DNA of 64,000 nt. It comes from Thermoplasmata archaeon. Lineage in GTDB: Archaea > Thermoplasmatota > Thermoplasmata > Lutacidiplasmatales > UBA184. The stretch is taken from contig DAHUYN010000003.1 of NCBI GenBank assembly GCA_027315165.1, positions 95,846 through 159,845 on the forward strand, given 5' to 3'. Below are positions 1-9,326 of this stretch, piece after piece (positions within the stretch are counted from its first letter, which is position 1; each line of letters opens with the position of its first letter). A program made the translations under genes and the position numbers. The notes below the pieces were generated by a model. That model searched no databases. It was not told the DNA's origin and worked only from the letters and a program-made list of their open reading frames with translations.

Positions 1-1
1 C

Positions 2-2005
2 GAGACGGAGCTCGTCCCCCAGGGGGACCAACCGAAGGCGATCGACGAGGTCGTTCGGCGCGTGGGCTCGGGGGAGAAGTTCGTGACCCTCCTCGGGGTC
101 ACCGGATCGGGGAAAACGTTCACGATGGCCCACACGGTGGCCCGGCTGCAGCGGCCGACCCTCGTGATCTCGCCCAACAAGACGCTCGCCGCGCAGCTCG
201 TGAGCGAGTTCCGGGCGCTGTTCCCCAACAACGCCGTCGAGTACTTCGTGAGCTACTACGACTACTACCAGCCCGAGGCCTACGTCCCGCAGGTCGACCT
301 CTACATCGAGAAGGACGCGCAGATCAACGAGGAGATCGAGAAGCTCCGGCACCGGGCGACCCAGGCGCTCCTCTCGCGGCGCGACGTCCTGATCGTCGCC
401 TCGGTGAGCTGCATCTTCGGCCTCGGCTCGCCCGAGGACTACGCGAGGAACGTCCTCGTGCTCTCCAAGGGCACGCACCTCACGCGAAAGGCGCTCTTGG
501 ACCAGCTCGTCCGGATGAAGTACCAGCGCAACGACGTCGAGCTGCGTCGCGGGCGCTTTCGCGTGCGCGGGGGGACGATCGACCTCGCGGGCTCGGGCGA
601 GGCGCTCCACCGGATCGTCCTCGAGGGCGACGAGGTGAGCGCGATCGTCGAGCTCGCGCCGACGACCCTCGAGGAGGTTCGCGAGGTCGACTCGCTCACC
701 GTCTTCCCGGCGACGCACTTCCTCACGGTCGACGAGCGGCTCGAGGCGATCCTGCGCGACATCACCGCCGAGAAGGAGGCCCGGGTCGCGGAGCTCGTGC
801 GACAGGAGAAGATCGTCGAGGCCCAGCGCCTGAAGGGCCGCACGGAGTACGACCTCGAGATGATCCGCGAGACCGGCTACTGCTCGGGGATCGAGAACTA
901 CGCGAGGTACTTCGCCGGCCGCAAGGCGGGCGACCCGCCCTACACGCTCCTCGACTTCTTCCCCGACGACTTCCTCGTCTTCGTCGACGAGTCGCACGTG
1001 ACGCTCCCGCAGCTCCAGGGGATGTACAAGGGGGACCGGAGCCGCAAGGACAACCTGGTCGACTTCGGCTGGCGCCTCCCCTCCTGCCGCGACAACCGGC
1101 CCCTCAAGTTCCCCGAGTTCCTCTCTCGCGTCCCCCAGCTCGTCTTCGTCTCCGCGACGCCGGGCCCGTTCGAGCGCAAGAGCTCCGACGGCGTCGTCGA
1201 GCAGATCATCCGGCCGACCGGGCTCGTCGACCCCCCCATCGAGGTCCGCCCGACGAAGGGGCACGTCGCCGATCTCGTCGAGGAGCTCAAGCAGTGCGTC
1301 GCGCGGAACGAGCGGGCCCTCGTGACGACGCTCACGAAGGCGACGGCGGAGGAGCTCTCCAGCTACCTCGCGAACCTCGGCCTCCGCGTCCGCTACCTCC
1401 ACTCGGACATCGAGACGCTCAAGCGCGTCGAGATCCTGCGAGACCTCCGCCTCGCCCGGTTCGACGTGCTCGTCGGCATCAACCTGCTCCGAGAGGGGCT
1501 CGACCTCCCCGAGGTGAGCCTCGTCGCCATCCTCGACGCCGACAAGGAGGGCTACCTGAGGAGCGAGACCTCGCTCGTCCAGACGGCCGGCCGCGCCTCG
1601 CGCAACGTGATGGGCCGGGTCGTGCTCTACGCCGACCGGACGACCGGCTCGATGGCGAGGGCGATCGAGGAGATGCGCCGGCGCCGGGAGGCGCAGATCG
1701 CCTACAACGCCGAGCACGGGATCGTCCCCGAGACGATCCGCAAGGAGGTCCGGTCGATCCTCGCGCCCGAGGAGGCCACCGGGGCCGAGGGGCTCGAGGT
1801 CGAGGGGATGGGCTCCAGGTGGAAGGAGCACCTGCCGCTGCTCCTCGCGAACCTCGAGGAGGAGATGCGTCTCGCCGCCGAGCGCCTCGACTTCGAGGAG
1901 GCGGCCCGCATCCGGGATCGGATCCGCGAGCTCGAGCGCCGGACCGGGGCCACCGCCCGCCCGAGGGCCGCGCGCCGGACGAAGGCTCCGGTGCCGCCCT
2001 CCTGA
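2..2005 (+). CDS. uvrB: Excinuclease ABC subunit UvrB (5'-partial; begins before the window)
   Basis: Frame is open from position 2 (ETELVPQGDQPKAI..). Walker A GVTGSGKT, beta-hairpin YYDYYQPEAY, DESH, GINLLREGLDLPEV, and C-terminal UVR motif LDFEEAARIRD. Confidence 0.98.
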   Translation, partial: ETELVPQGDQPKAIDEVVRRVGSGEKFVTLLGVTGSGKTFTMAHTVARLQRPTLVISPNKTLAAQLVSEFRALFPNNAVEYFVSYYDYYQPEAYVPQVDLYIEKDAQINEEIEKLRHRATQALLSRRDVLIVASVSCIFGLGSPEDYARNVLVLSKGTHLTRKALLDQLVRMKYQRNDVELRRGRFRVRGGTIDLAGSGEALHRIVLEGDEVSAIVELAPTTLEEVREVDSLTVFPATHFLTVDERLEAILRDITAEKEARVAELVRQEKIVEAQRLKGRTEYDLEMIRETGYCSGIENYARYFAGRKAGDPPYTLLDFFPDDFLVFVDESHVTLPQLQGMYKGDRSRKDNLVDFGWRLPSCRDNRPLKFPEFLSRVPQLVFVSATPGPFERKSSDGVVEQIIRPTGLVDPPIEVRPTKGHVADLVEELKQCVARNERALVTTLTKATAEELSSYLANLGLRVRYLHSDIETLKRVEILRDLRLARFDVLVGINLLREGLDLPEVSLVAILDADKEGYLRSETSLVQTAGRASRNVMGRVVLYADRTTGSMARAIEEMRRRREAQIAYNAEHGIVPETIRKEVRSILAPEEATGAEGLEVEGMGSRWKEHLPLLLANLEEEMRLAAERLDFEEAARIRDRIRELERRTGATARPRAARRTKAPVPPS

Positions 2006-2041
2006 GGCCGGGGCTTTAACGGCCGGGGGCGTCCCCGACCG

Positions 2042-2860
2042 ATGCCCGCCCGAGCGCGGATCCCCCGCACGACCCCGGGCCCGGGCCTCGCCGAGCTCCG
2101 GCGTCGTGGGGCCATCACCGAGCTCTTGTTCCTCTACGCCTGCACCAACGACGAGCCGACGCAGCTCCGGCCGATCGCCGACGAGCTCGCGCTGACCGTC
2201 CAGGCGGCCTCGTACGTCTTCCGCGCGCTCCAGGCCCGCGGCCTCGCCGAGGTCGCCCAAGGCCGCTACCGGCCGACGGTCGCGGGGGTCGCCTGGCTCC
2301 ACGATGCGCTCGGGAAGCTCCGCGAGGACGTCGACGAGCGTCTCACCCGGCTCAACATCGTTCGAAGCTGCCGCGCCCTCGCGAGCGCCGACCTCGAGGC
2401 CGGCGCGACCGTTTCGCTCGAGCTCCGCGACGGCCTGCTCAATGCGGTCCCGGGACGCGGGGGCGCCTCTCGCGGCCGCGCTCGGGCCGCCGCGCGGTCG
2501 GGCGAGATCGTCGAGGTCGACCGGCTCGAGGGGATCGTGCCGATCGTGCGAGGGACCGTCCGGATCCTCGCGGTCCCGGCGCGCCGCCTGCGCGACCGGT
2601 CGCTGTCGCCGGAGCTCCGGCGGGCCCTGCGCGAGGCCGGCCCCACCCTCCTCGCGGCGCCGGGGCTCGAGGCGGTCCACCTGCTCCAGCGGATCACGGC
2701 CCGGCCCGTGGTCCGGTTCGCCGTCGCCGCGGCCTGCCGCGAGGCGTCCCACGTCGGGGTCGACTCGGTGGCCGTCGTCCTCGACGAGGAGCTGCCGCAC
2801 CTCCTCGAGCAGTTCGAGGGTCGCGACCCGCCCCCGATCGTCGTCACGACGCTCGGCTGA
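2042..2860 (+). CDS. Archaeal winged-helix transcriptional regulator with C-terminal domain (COG1497/MJ0558-like)
   Basis: N-terminal HTH LRPIADELALTVQAASYVFRAL..GRYRPTVAG. TATA-like TTTAAC about 21-26 nt upstream. Confidence 0.7.
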   Translation: MPARARIPRTTPGPGLAELRRRGAITELLFLYACTNDEPTQLRPIADELALTVQAASYVFRALQARGLAEVAQGRYRPTVAGVAWLHDALGKLREDVDERLTRLNIVRSCRALASADLEAGATVSLELRDGLLNAVPGRGGASRGRARAAARSGEIVEVDRLEGIVPIVRGTVRILAVPARRLRDRSLSPELRRALREAGPTLLAAPGLEAVHLLQRITARPVVRFAVAAACREASHVGVDSVAVVLDEELPHLLEQFEGRDPPPIVVTTLG

Positions 2861-4139
2861 ACGCGCCCCCGAGCGCGGCGAGGAGAGCGTCGAGGTCCCG
2901 GACCGGCGTGCCTCCCTCGGCCTTGAGCCGGTCCCACAGCGCCCGCGCCCGACCGCCGGTGAAATCTCGGTCCCCGATCGTGGCGTCGCCGACCAGGAAG
3001 AGGGGGACGGCGGGGTCGCGGGGGAGGAGGTCCTCGAGGTTGCCGAGGTTGGAGGGTCCGATGGCGAACGGGGAGACGACGATCGCCCGGGCCCTCGCGA
3101 GGAGGTCGCGGTGGCGCGCCCGCACCTCGTCGCTCAGGGGAGCGAACGGGAGCTCGGCGACGTAGGCGAGGCCGAGCTCCTGCGCGGTCTCCGCGTCCGA
3201 GTCGAGGAGCGGGAGCGCCCCCGCGGTCACGGACCAGCCGTCGTCGCAGAGCCGGCGCAGGATCGGCGCGGCCGCGCCCCCTCCGCCGACGACGTGGACG
3301 GGGCCGCGCCCGAGCCCCCCGGGGGCCCGGGCGGGCGCGGCTTCGACGGTCCTCCTCGGGAACAGGTACGGCCGCGCGGTGTTCGGGTCGCGTCGGAGGA
3401 CGGCCTCGACGCCCCAGACCTCCCGCAATAGCGCCGGCTCGAGGACGGCCTCGGGGGGCCCGTCGGCGACGCGACGCCCCCGCGAGAGGACGACGATGCG
3501 GTCGGCGTAGCGGGCCGCCAGGTTGAGGTCGTGGAGGGCCGCGACCGCGAGCACGCCGCGCTCTCGCACGAGCCGGCCGACGCGCTCGAGCAGGTCCAGC
3601 TGGTGGCCGATGTCCAGGTGGGCCGTGGGCTCGTCGAGAAGCAGGACGGGGGCCTCCTGGGCGAGGGCGCGGGCGAGGAGAAGCCGCTGGCGTTCCCCTC
3701 CGCTCAGGCTCCGGACCCCGGCCCGGGCCCGGCTCTCGAGCCCCACCTCGCGCAGCGCGGTCGTGGCCGCCGCGACGTCCTCGGGTGCGTCCCGCGCGAA
3801 CGGGCGGAGGTGCGCGTAGCGTCCGTAGAGAACGTAGTCGTAGATCGGCACGTCGTCGCGGGGCGCCTCTTCCTGCGGGACCCAGGCGAGTCGCCGCGCA
3901 CGCTCGCGGGCCGTGAGGGAGGCGACCGGCCGTCCGAGGACCCGGACCTCTCCCTCGGCGGGCGGGAGCAGTCCCAGGATCGTACGGAGCAGCGTCGTCT
4001 TCCCCGAGCCGTTCGGGCCCGTGAGCGCGAGGAGCTCGCCGGGCCGGGCGAGGAGGTCGATCCCGTGCAGCACCGTGTGGGTCCCGAGACGCACGCTGAG
4101 TCCCTGGACGGAGAGCGCCGGCGGTGGGGGGCCGCTCAC
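2844..4139 (-). CDS. Cobalamin/Fe-siderophore ABC transporter ATP-binding protein (BtuD/FepC-like, with C-terminal VHVVGGGG extension)
   Basis: GPNGSGKT, LSGGERQR, LLLDEPTAHLD, LHDLNLAARYADR. GTG at 4139 overlaps the permease stop. Confidence 0.92.
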   Translation of the reverse strand: MSGPPPPALSVQGLSVRLGTHTVLHGIDLLARPGELLALTGPNGSGKTTLLRTILGLLPPAEGEVRVLGRPVASLTARERARRLAWVPQEEAPRDDVPIYDYVLYGRYAHLRPFARDAPEDVAAATTALREVGLESRARAGVRSLSGGERQRLLLARALAQEAPVLLLDEPTAHLDIGHQLDLLERVGRLVRERGVLAVAALHDLNLAARYADRIVVLSRGRRVADGPPEAVLEPALLREVWGVEAVLRRDPNTARPYLFPRRTVEAAPARAPGGLGRGPVHVVGGGGAAAPILRRLCDDGWSVTAGALPLLDSDAETAQELGLAYVAELPFAPLSDEVRARHRDLLARARAIVVSPFAIGPSNLGNLEDLLPRDPAVPLFLVGDATIGDRDFTGGRARALWDRLKAEGGTPVRDLDALLAALGGAFSRAS

Positions 4140-5224
4140 GGCGGCGACCCCATGAACTCGCCGCGCCGGTGGCGGAAGAGGAGGAAGAAGAAGAACGGCG
4201 CCCCGGCGAACGCCGTGAAGAGCCCCACGGGGAGGACGACCGACGGGACGACGAGACCCGAGAGGTCGTGGGCCGCGAGAAGGAAGGCCGCGCCGACCAG
4301 CGCGGAGGCCGGCAGGACGGCCCGGTAGTCGGAGCTCCACACGCGGCGCGCGACGTGCGGCGAGACGAGGCCGACGAACCCGATGATCCCGGTGAACGCG
4401 ACCGCGACCGCCGTCGCGAGCGAGGCGAGGAGGAGGAGCCGCGTCCGCACGCGCCGCGTGTCGACGCCGAGGCTCTGGGCGACCTCGGGGCCGAGCTGCA
4501 GCAGGTTCAGCTCTCGGCCGAGGAGGAGGAGCGGCGCGGAGGCCAGGAGGAGCCCTCCGAGCACGAGCCCGTCGCGGTCCCACGAGGCGCCGCCGACGCC
4601 GCCGAGGAGCCAGAAGCTGACCTGGATGCTCCCCTCGGCGTTGAACAGGAGGACGACCGAGAGGACGGCGGAGAGGACGTTGGCGAGCGCGACGCCGACG
4701 AGGAGGAGCGTCTCGACGCTCCCGCCGAGGAACCGCGAGGCCGCGAGGACCAGGGCCCCGGTCGCGAGACAGCCGACGAACGCGAAGACCGGGAGCGCCA
4801 CGTTCGCCTCGGCGAGACCGACCTGGAAGACGAAGAGGAACGCGGCGCCGAGCGTCCCCCCCGACGAAAGCCCGAGCAGGTACGGGTCCGCGAGCGGATT
4901 GCGGAACGTCCCCTGGAGCGTGGCCCCCGAGAGTCCCAACGCCGCGCCGGCGAGGAGCGCGAGCAGGAGCGCCGGCACCTCGCTCTCCCAGACGATCTCG
5001 GTCCAGGCCGCGCACTGCGCCGCCGAAACGCGAGCCCCGCACGGGGCCCCGGCGACCGCGCCGAAGGTGAGCTGGTGGGCCAGGATCGCCCCGACGGTCG
5101 CCGGTGGGATCGGCACGGGCCCGATGAGGGGCGAGAGCACGAAGAGCACGAGCCCGAGGCCCACCGCGACCGCGAGCCGCCGCCGGCGCGAGTGCGGCGC
5201 CCCGGGGGCGGACGGCGAGGCCAC
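4136..5224 (-). CDS. FecCD/BtuC family ABC transporter permease
   Basis: FRNPLADPYLLGLSSG, FTGIIGFVGLVSPH and LPVGLFTAFAGAPFF motifs; multiple TM helices. Confidence 0.95.
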   Translation of the reverse strand: MASPSAPGAPHSRRRRLAVAVGLGLVLFVLSPLIGPVPIPPATVGAILAHQLTFGAVAGAPCGARVSAAQCAAWTEIVWESEVPALLLALLAGAALGLSGATLQGTFRNPLADPYLLGLSSGGTLGAAFLFVFQVGLAEANVALPVFAFVGCLATGALVLAASRFLGGSVETLLLVGVALANVLSAVLSVVLLFNAEGSIQVSFWLLGGVGGASWDRDGLVLGGLLLASAPLLLLGRELNLLQLGPEVAQSLGVDTRRVRTRLLLLASLATAVAVAFTGIIGFVGLVSPHVARRVWSSDYRAVLPASALVGAAFLLAAHDLSGLVVPSVVLPVGLFTAFAGAPFFFFLLFRHRRGEFMGSPP

Positions 5225-5227
5225 GCC

Positions 5228-6280
5228 CTAGCCCGTCGGGTAGGTGCCGGGATGAAGCAGGTCGATGAGCAGCGGGAGTCCCTCGAGGATCATCGTCGGA
5301 TCCGGCTCGGTGAGCAGGTTCGAATCGATCCCGTAGGCGCGCCCCGCCTCGACGGCGGGGAGGTTCGCCCAGTCGGGCCCTTGCTGGTAGCTCGAGAGCT
5401 CGACGCCAAAGCCGGTGCCGTAGATGACGACCCACGGGTCGGAGTTGAGCACCTGGGGGCCCGTGAGCTCGAAGTAGGGGAGCGTCGAGTTCGCCCCGAT
5501 GCTCGAGGCGCCGACCACGTCGATGAGCGACTGCCCGAACGTCCCCGGTCCGTACGTCCAGTACCCCGGGTTCGGGCTGCCCGACGGGCTCGCGTAGTAG
5601 GTGAGCAGCAGCGTCGGGAGCGCACTGCCGGCGTTCGTGAGGTTCGTCACGATCGTCTGGGCGGTCCCGAGCACGCCCTGCAACTGGTTGACCAGCGGAG
5701 GAGCGGCCGGGCTCGCGAAGATCTCGCCGAGCAGCGAGACGTCGACGAGGATCCCTCCGAGGGTCGACGGCTGCAGGATGAGGACCGGCAGGTGGAAGGT
5801 CGTGCTCATCTCCTCGACGTCGGAGAGGCTCGTGAGCGTCGACGCGAGGACGAGGTCCGGGCTCGCGTTCAGGACCTCGTCGATGTTCACGTTCGGGCTC
5901 GCCTCGATGCAGAGGCTCTCGTTCAGGTGCCACGAGGCGATCTGCGAGGCGTTGTAGTCCTGGCTGAGCCCGCCCGCGGCGGGCGTGCCGCAGTCGACGC
6001 CGACGATCCGGCCGCCGAGGCCGAGACGGACCATCGTGTCGGTGAGGCTCGGCGCGAGGACGACAACGCGCGCGGGGTCCGTCGGGACCGCGACCGTGCG
6101 GCCGAGGTCGTCGGTGACGGAGATCGTGCCGGGCGTCGGCGGTGTCGGCCGGAGCTCGAAGTAGGCGGCCGTCGTCGCGACGGCCGCGCCGGCGGCGACG
6201 AGGAGCGCGACGGCGAACAGCGCGACCGGGACCGTTCGGCGCGGGACCGAGGCGGTGGGCTTGAGGTCGTTCAAACTCAT
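5228..6280 (-). CDS. ABC transporter substrate-binding protein (BtuF/FepB helical-backbone type), membrane anchored
   Basis: N-terminal TM segment; VTDDLGRTV..P.RVVVLAPSLTD; PDLVL; W.NLPAVEAGR motif. First gene of the operon. Confidence 0.92.
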   Translation of the reverse strand: MSLNDLKPTASVPRRTVPVALFAVALLVAAGAAVATTAAYFELRPTPPTPGTISVTDDLGRTVAVPTDPARVVVLAPSLTDTMVRLGLGGRIVGVDCGTPAAGGLSQDYNASQIASWHLNESLCIEASPNVNIDEVLNASPDLVLASTLTSLSDVEEMSTTFHLPVLILQPSTLGGILVDVSLLGEIFASPAAPPLVNQLQGVLGTAQTIVTNLTNAGSALPTLLLTYYASPSGSPNPGYWTYGPGTFGQSLIDVVGASSIGANSTLPYFELTGPQVLNSDPWVVIYGTGFGVELSSYQQGPDWANLPAVEAGRAYGIDSNLLTEPDPTMILEGLPLLIDLLHPGTYPTG

Positions 6281-6409
6281 TGGATTGTCAGCAAACAGGG
6301 TTTCACTTAAGGGTGTCGCGCGGGCCCGCCCCCGGGCCGACGTTCGGGGCCGTCGGCCCCCGCCTCGGCCCCAAAGGCTATGATGGGGGCCGCGTCCGGC
6401 TGAGGCGGA

Positions 6410-6569
6410 GGGAGCATAGGCTAATCTGGCAGACCAGCGGGCTCCAGTCAGGGCTCCGTTTTGGGGCCCTGGGATCAGGGTCTGCGGAGGGGCGCCGAGC
6501 GCCCCGATGACGAATGACTGGAGCGCGCGGAGAGACCCGCATATCGGGGTTCAAATCCCCGTGCTCCCA
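6410..6569 (+). tRNA. tRNA-Trp(CCA) with an 87-nt intron at position 37/38
   Basis: Acceptor stem GGGAGCA/TGCTCCC plus discriminator A; anticodon stem GCGGG/CCCGC with CT-CCA-G; T-arm GGGGTTCAAATCCCC. CTCC (6442-6445) pairs with GGAG (6529-6532) in a BHB-like splice motif. Confidence 0.93.
6448..6534 (+). ncRNA. tRNA-Trp intron encoding a box C/D-like 2'-O-methylation guide RNA
   Basis: D'-like CGGA (6485-6488), hairpin GGGGCGC/GCGCCCC, C'-like CGATGA. Guide GGGTCT is complementary to AGACCC; TGACTGGAGC (6515-6524) is complementary to 6441-6450; D-like CGGA at 6528-6531. Confidence 0.7.
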
Positions 6570-6877
6570 CCTCTCCTCGCTCGCGTGCCACGCGCGAGAC
6601 GTGCCACGCTTCATTCGCGACCGGCGCGGTCGGAGCCGGGCTCGCCGACGTCGGCGGGCGGAGGTTTTCGCAAGGGGTCCCTCGATGCGGCCCGGACTCC
6701 CGGTCCGGACGGCGCCTTCGTGAGCCGCTTCGGTCGAGGCCCCGCACCGACCGCGCGCCTCGTGGGCCCGCGAGGTTCCACGACAGGCGGGAATCCGACC
6801 CCCGCGTCGGACGCGGCTCGCGTCCGGTCTCCGACGCGGTACCGCTCGAGGAGCGGTGGCCCGTCCGACGTCAGCCA

Positions 6878-7246
6878 CTACGACCGCGCGTCCGGAGGGC
6901 GGTCGAGCGATCGCGCGAGCCAGACGCCGAACGAGCCAGGAACGATCGCCAGCATTGCGAGGAGGAGCGTCTCCTCCGCGAGGGCCACTCGGTATAGGGA
7001 CGGAGCATAGCTCGTACAGCTGAGCTTGTAGCAGACCCGGATCGGGTGGTCGGGAGGCCCTGCCGAGAACTGCGGGAGCACGAACAGCGCCCAAAGGATG
7101 GCGATCGCGACCGGCGTCCCGAGAAGGCCCGTTATGACGATGGCGCGGCGGTATCGAGACCTGCGGGCTCGGCGCTCCACATCCTGCCGGCGGCGGAGGC
7201 GGGCCCACGCGGCGTCGGAGTCCGGGTCGCGGAGCGAACCGGCCAT
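6878..7246 (-). CDS. Hypothetical membrane protein (2 TM)
   Basis: 122-aa ORF with two hydrophobic segments and a CxxxxC loop; AT-rich patch about 25 nt upstream. Confidence 0.5.
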   Translation of the reverse strand: MAGSLRDPDSDAAWARLRRRQDVERRARRSRYRRAIVITGLLGTPVAIAILWALFVLPQFSAGPPDHPIRVCYKLSCTSYAPSLYRVALAEETLLLAMLAIVPGSFGVWLARSLDRPPDARS

Positions 7247-7797
7247 CCCGCCTTGCAGACGAGGCCTCTACTTGACAATAGTCTCCGGAGCCCTCCCCGG
7301 GGGCGGTCTGCTCACGGTGGCGCCCGGGGTTCGCACGACGGCGCGGTTCCCCGGACGGTACCGGGATCGCCGTTCGGCTTCCCGGCGCCCCGTCCACGCA
7401 TCCGCCGGGCCGTCGGACCCTGCCCCGCGACGCCAAGCGATCCGCGGGGCTCGATCCGAGCGCCGAGGGCCCACGATCGGGCGGCCGACGCTCTCCGCCG
7501 TCCTACCACACGCGCGATCCCGACCCACGCCTTCCCGAGCTCGGGCGAGCGGTCTCACGCGAGTACGTCGTGCCGGGGCGCGAGCCCGATCGTACGCCCG
7601 GTCGGGCCCGGTCCGCACGCGCCAACGCGTGGGCGCGACGCGCTTGACGGAGGGCCGACCGGCCGCCGTCGCAGCTCGAGGCGGTTCCCGCGGGCCGCGA
7701 AGCACGGCACGAGTTCAGGTGAGCCGGGGCGGCTTTCCCGTGTGCCGGGGTGCGCAAATACCATATTCCCGCTCGGCTCCGCGTCTACCGTCCGCGG

Positions 7798-8496
7798 ATG
7801 AGCGAGCGGCAGAACGTCTTCCGGCCCATCCACAAGGGCATCCGTTCGATGCTCTACGCGCACGCTCGCGACCTCCAGGTGGCGGACTTCGCTGCCGTCG
7901 GGTCGTCCAACCGCCTCCTGACCGACCTTCGGAAGGACCTCGGAGACTCCCTCTCGAACTGTCTACTCTGCCTCCTGTCGGTGCACACCCGCCACGAGGA
8001 GCGGGACCTCCTCTCGAAGCTCCACCCACACGACCCGGGTGCCGTCGACCTGGTGATGAAGGAGCATGCCGCCCTGGCCGACGCGATCCGAGAGGTCGCC
8101 GCGAGGTGTGACGAGCTCCTCCGGCTGACGGAGCCTCGAGACCGCGTCGAGGCGGGCGACCGACTCCTCACCGAGGCGGACGCGCTCTTTGCCCAGTACA
8201 TGGTCCACCTCAACCACGAGGAGGACTGGGTCGTCCCCGTGATGTGGCAGTGGTTCAGCGACACGGAGCTCGACGCCATGCGGGGAGCCTTCTACAACAA
8301 TCTCCCTCCGACCCTTTTCGAGACGTGGATGCGGTGGACGCTACCGGCGCTCAACCCTCAGGAGCTCCGGACCTTCGTTCGGGGCATGTCCGACCCGAGT
8401 CCCGGGCGGCTCGCGGAGCTCCTGCGCATCGCCGAGGCAACGCTACCCCCGGAGCGGTGGGCGGTGCTTCGCGCTTCGATGAAGGGGCCCGACTGA
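7798..8496 (+). CDS. Hemerythrin (HHE) domain protein
   Basis: IHKGIR, HTRHEE, EHAAL and HLNHEE His/Glu motifs. ATG at 7798 preferred. Confidence 0.85.
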   Translation: MSERQNVFRPIHKGIRSMLYAHARDLQVADFAAVGSSNRLLTDLRKDLGDSLSNCLLCLLSVHTRHEERDLLSKLHPHDPGAVDLVMKEHAALADAIREVAARCDELLRLTEPRDRVEAGDRLLTEADALFAQYMVHLNHEEDWVVPVMWQWFSDTELDAMRGAFYNNLPPTLFETWMRWTLPALNPQELRTFVRGMSDPSPGRLAELLRIAEATLPPERWAVLRASMKGPD

Positions 8497-8872
8497 CGAG
8501 AGGCGACGCCCGCCCGCGGCCAGGCCCCGCGCGGAGAGCGGATCGGATCCCGGATCCGAGGGGAACTCATCCGCCCGGGCCCTCGGGAGGGCAGCGGACC
8601 GACGACCGTTCGCGCAACTGCGTTCGCGCCAGCCCGGAGCGGTCTCCCGCGGTCACGTATTGGCTTCGAGGAAGGTCTCGAGGGGAGTGTCGAGCGTGCT
8701 CGCCCTCCGCGTCACCGAAGCGGTGCCGTCCGCCTCGCCCACTCCTTGATGCGGCCGGTCCGCGAGCGGCGACTACGGCAATCCGCCCGCCCGCTCCTGG
8801 CGAGCCCCCCCGAGACCCGTAGAGAGCCCGCGTCGCGAGACCCATAAGTAGCTCCACGTGGCTCTTCGGCGG

Positions 8873-9313
8873 ATGGTCTTCCTGCGCGACGAGGGGAGCG
8901 TCTTCGACGCCCCGGTCGAGGCCGTCTGGGCGTTTCTTGGCGATCCCGAGGCCCATACGAGGGCGCACGCACACTCGGAGGTCTCTCGAGAGAGGCCGTC
9001 GCCCGAGACGGGGACGTACGCCTGGCTCCAGCCGTTCGAGGGGGCCTCGACGCGGTTTCGGATGCGGTGGCACTCCTACGACCCGCTCGGCATCGCCTAC
9101 GAGGTGCTCGAAGGACCGTTCCAGGGCTCCCGGTTCTTCCTCTTCTACACTCCCCTCGGCGCGCGGACCGCGGTCTCGATCGTGGGCGAGTTCCTCTCGC
9201 CCACCCTCGACGACGCCCACCTCCCCGCGGCGGTCGAGCGTTTCTTCACCCAGGAGTTCGACCAGGACCGCGCCGCCCTCGACGCTCGGCGACGTGGCGC
9301 CGGGCGGAAATAG
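8873..9313 (+). CDS. SRPBCC/START-fold protein
   Basis: FDAPVEAVWAFL.DP and YEVLEGPF motifs. CATAAGTA about 25 nt upstream of ATG 8873. Confidence 0.75.
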   Translation: MVFLRDEGSVFDAPVEAVWAFLGDPEAHTRAHAHSEVSRERPSPETGTYAWLQPFEGASTRFRMRWHSYDPLGIAYEVLEGPFQGSRFFLFYTPLGARTAVSIVGEFLSPTLDDAHLPAAVERFFTQEFDQDRAALDARRRGAGRK

Positions 9314-9326
9314 TCGGGAGGGTCTC

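Noticed and set aside
7265..7400. Cobalamin-riboswitch-like words on the minus strand (GGGGAA, GTGCGAACCC, CGCCACCGTGA, CCGGAGAC), upstream of the Btu-like operon
   Set aside because: Spacing and helices do not fit the consensus, and the site is separated from the transporter by another ORF and a divergent tRNA. A cmsearch against Rfam cobalamin models would settle it.
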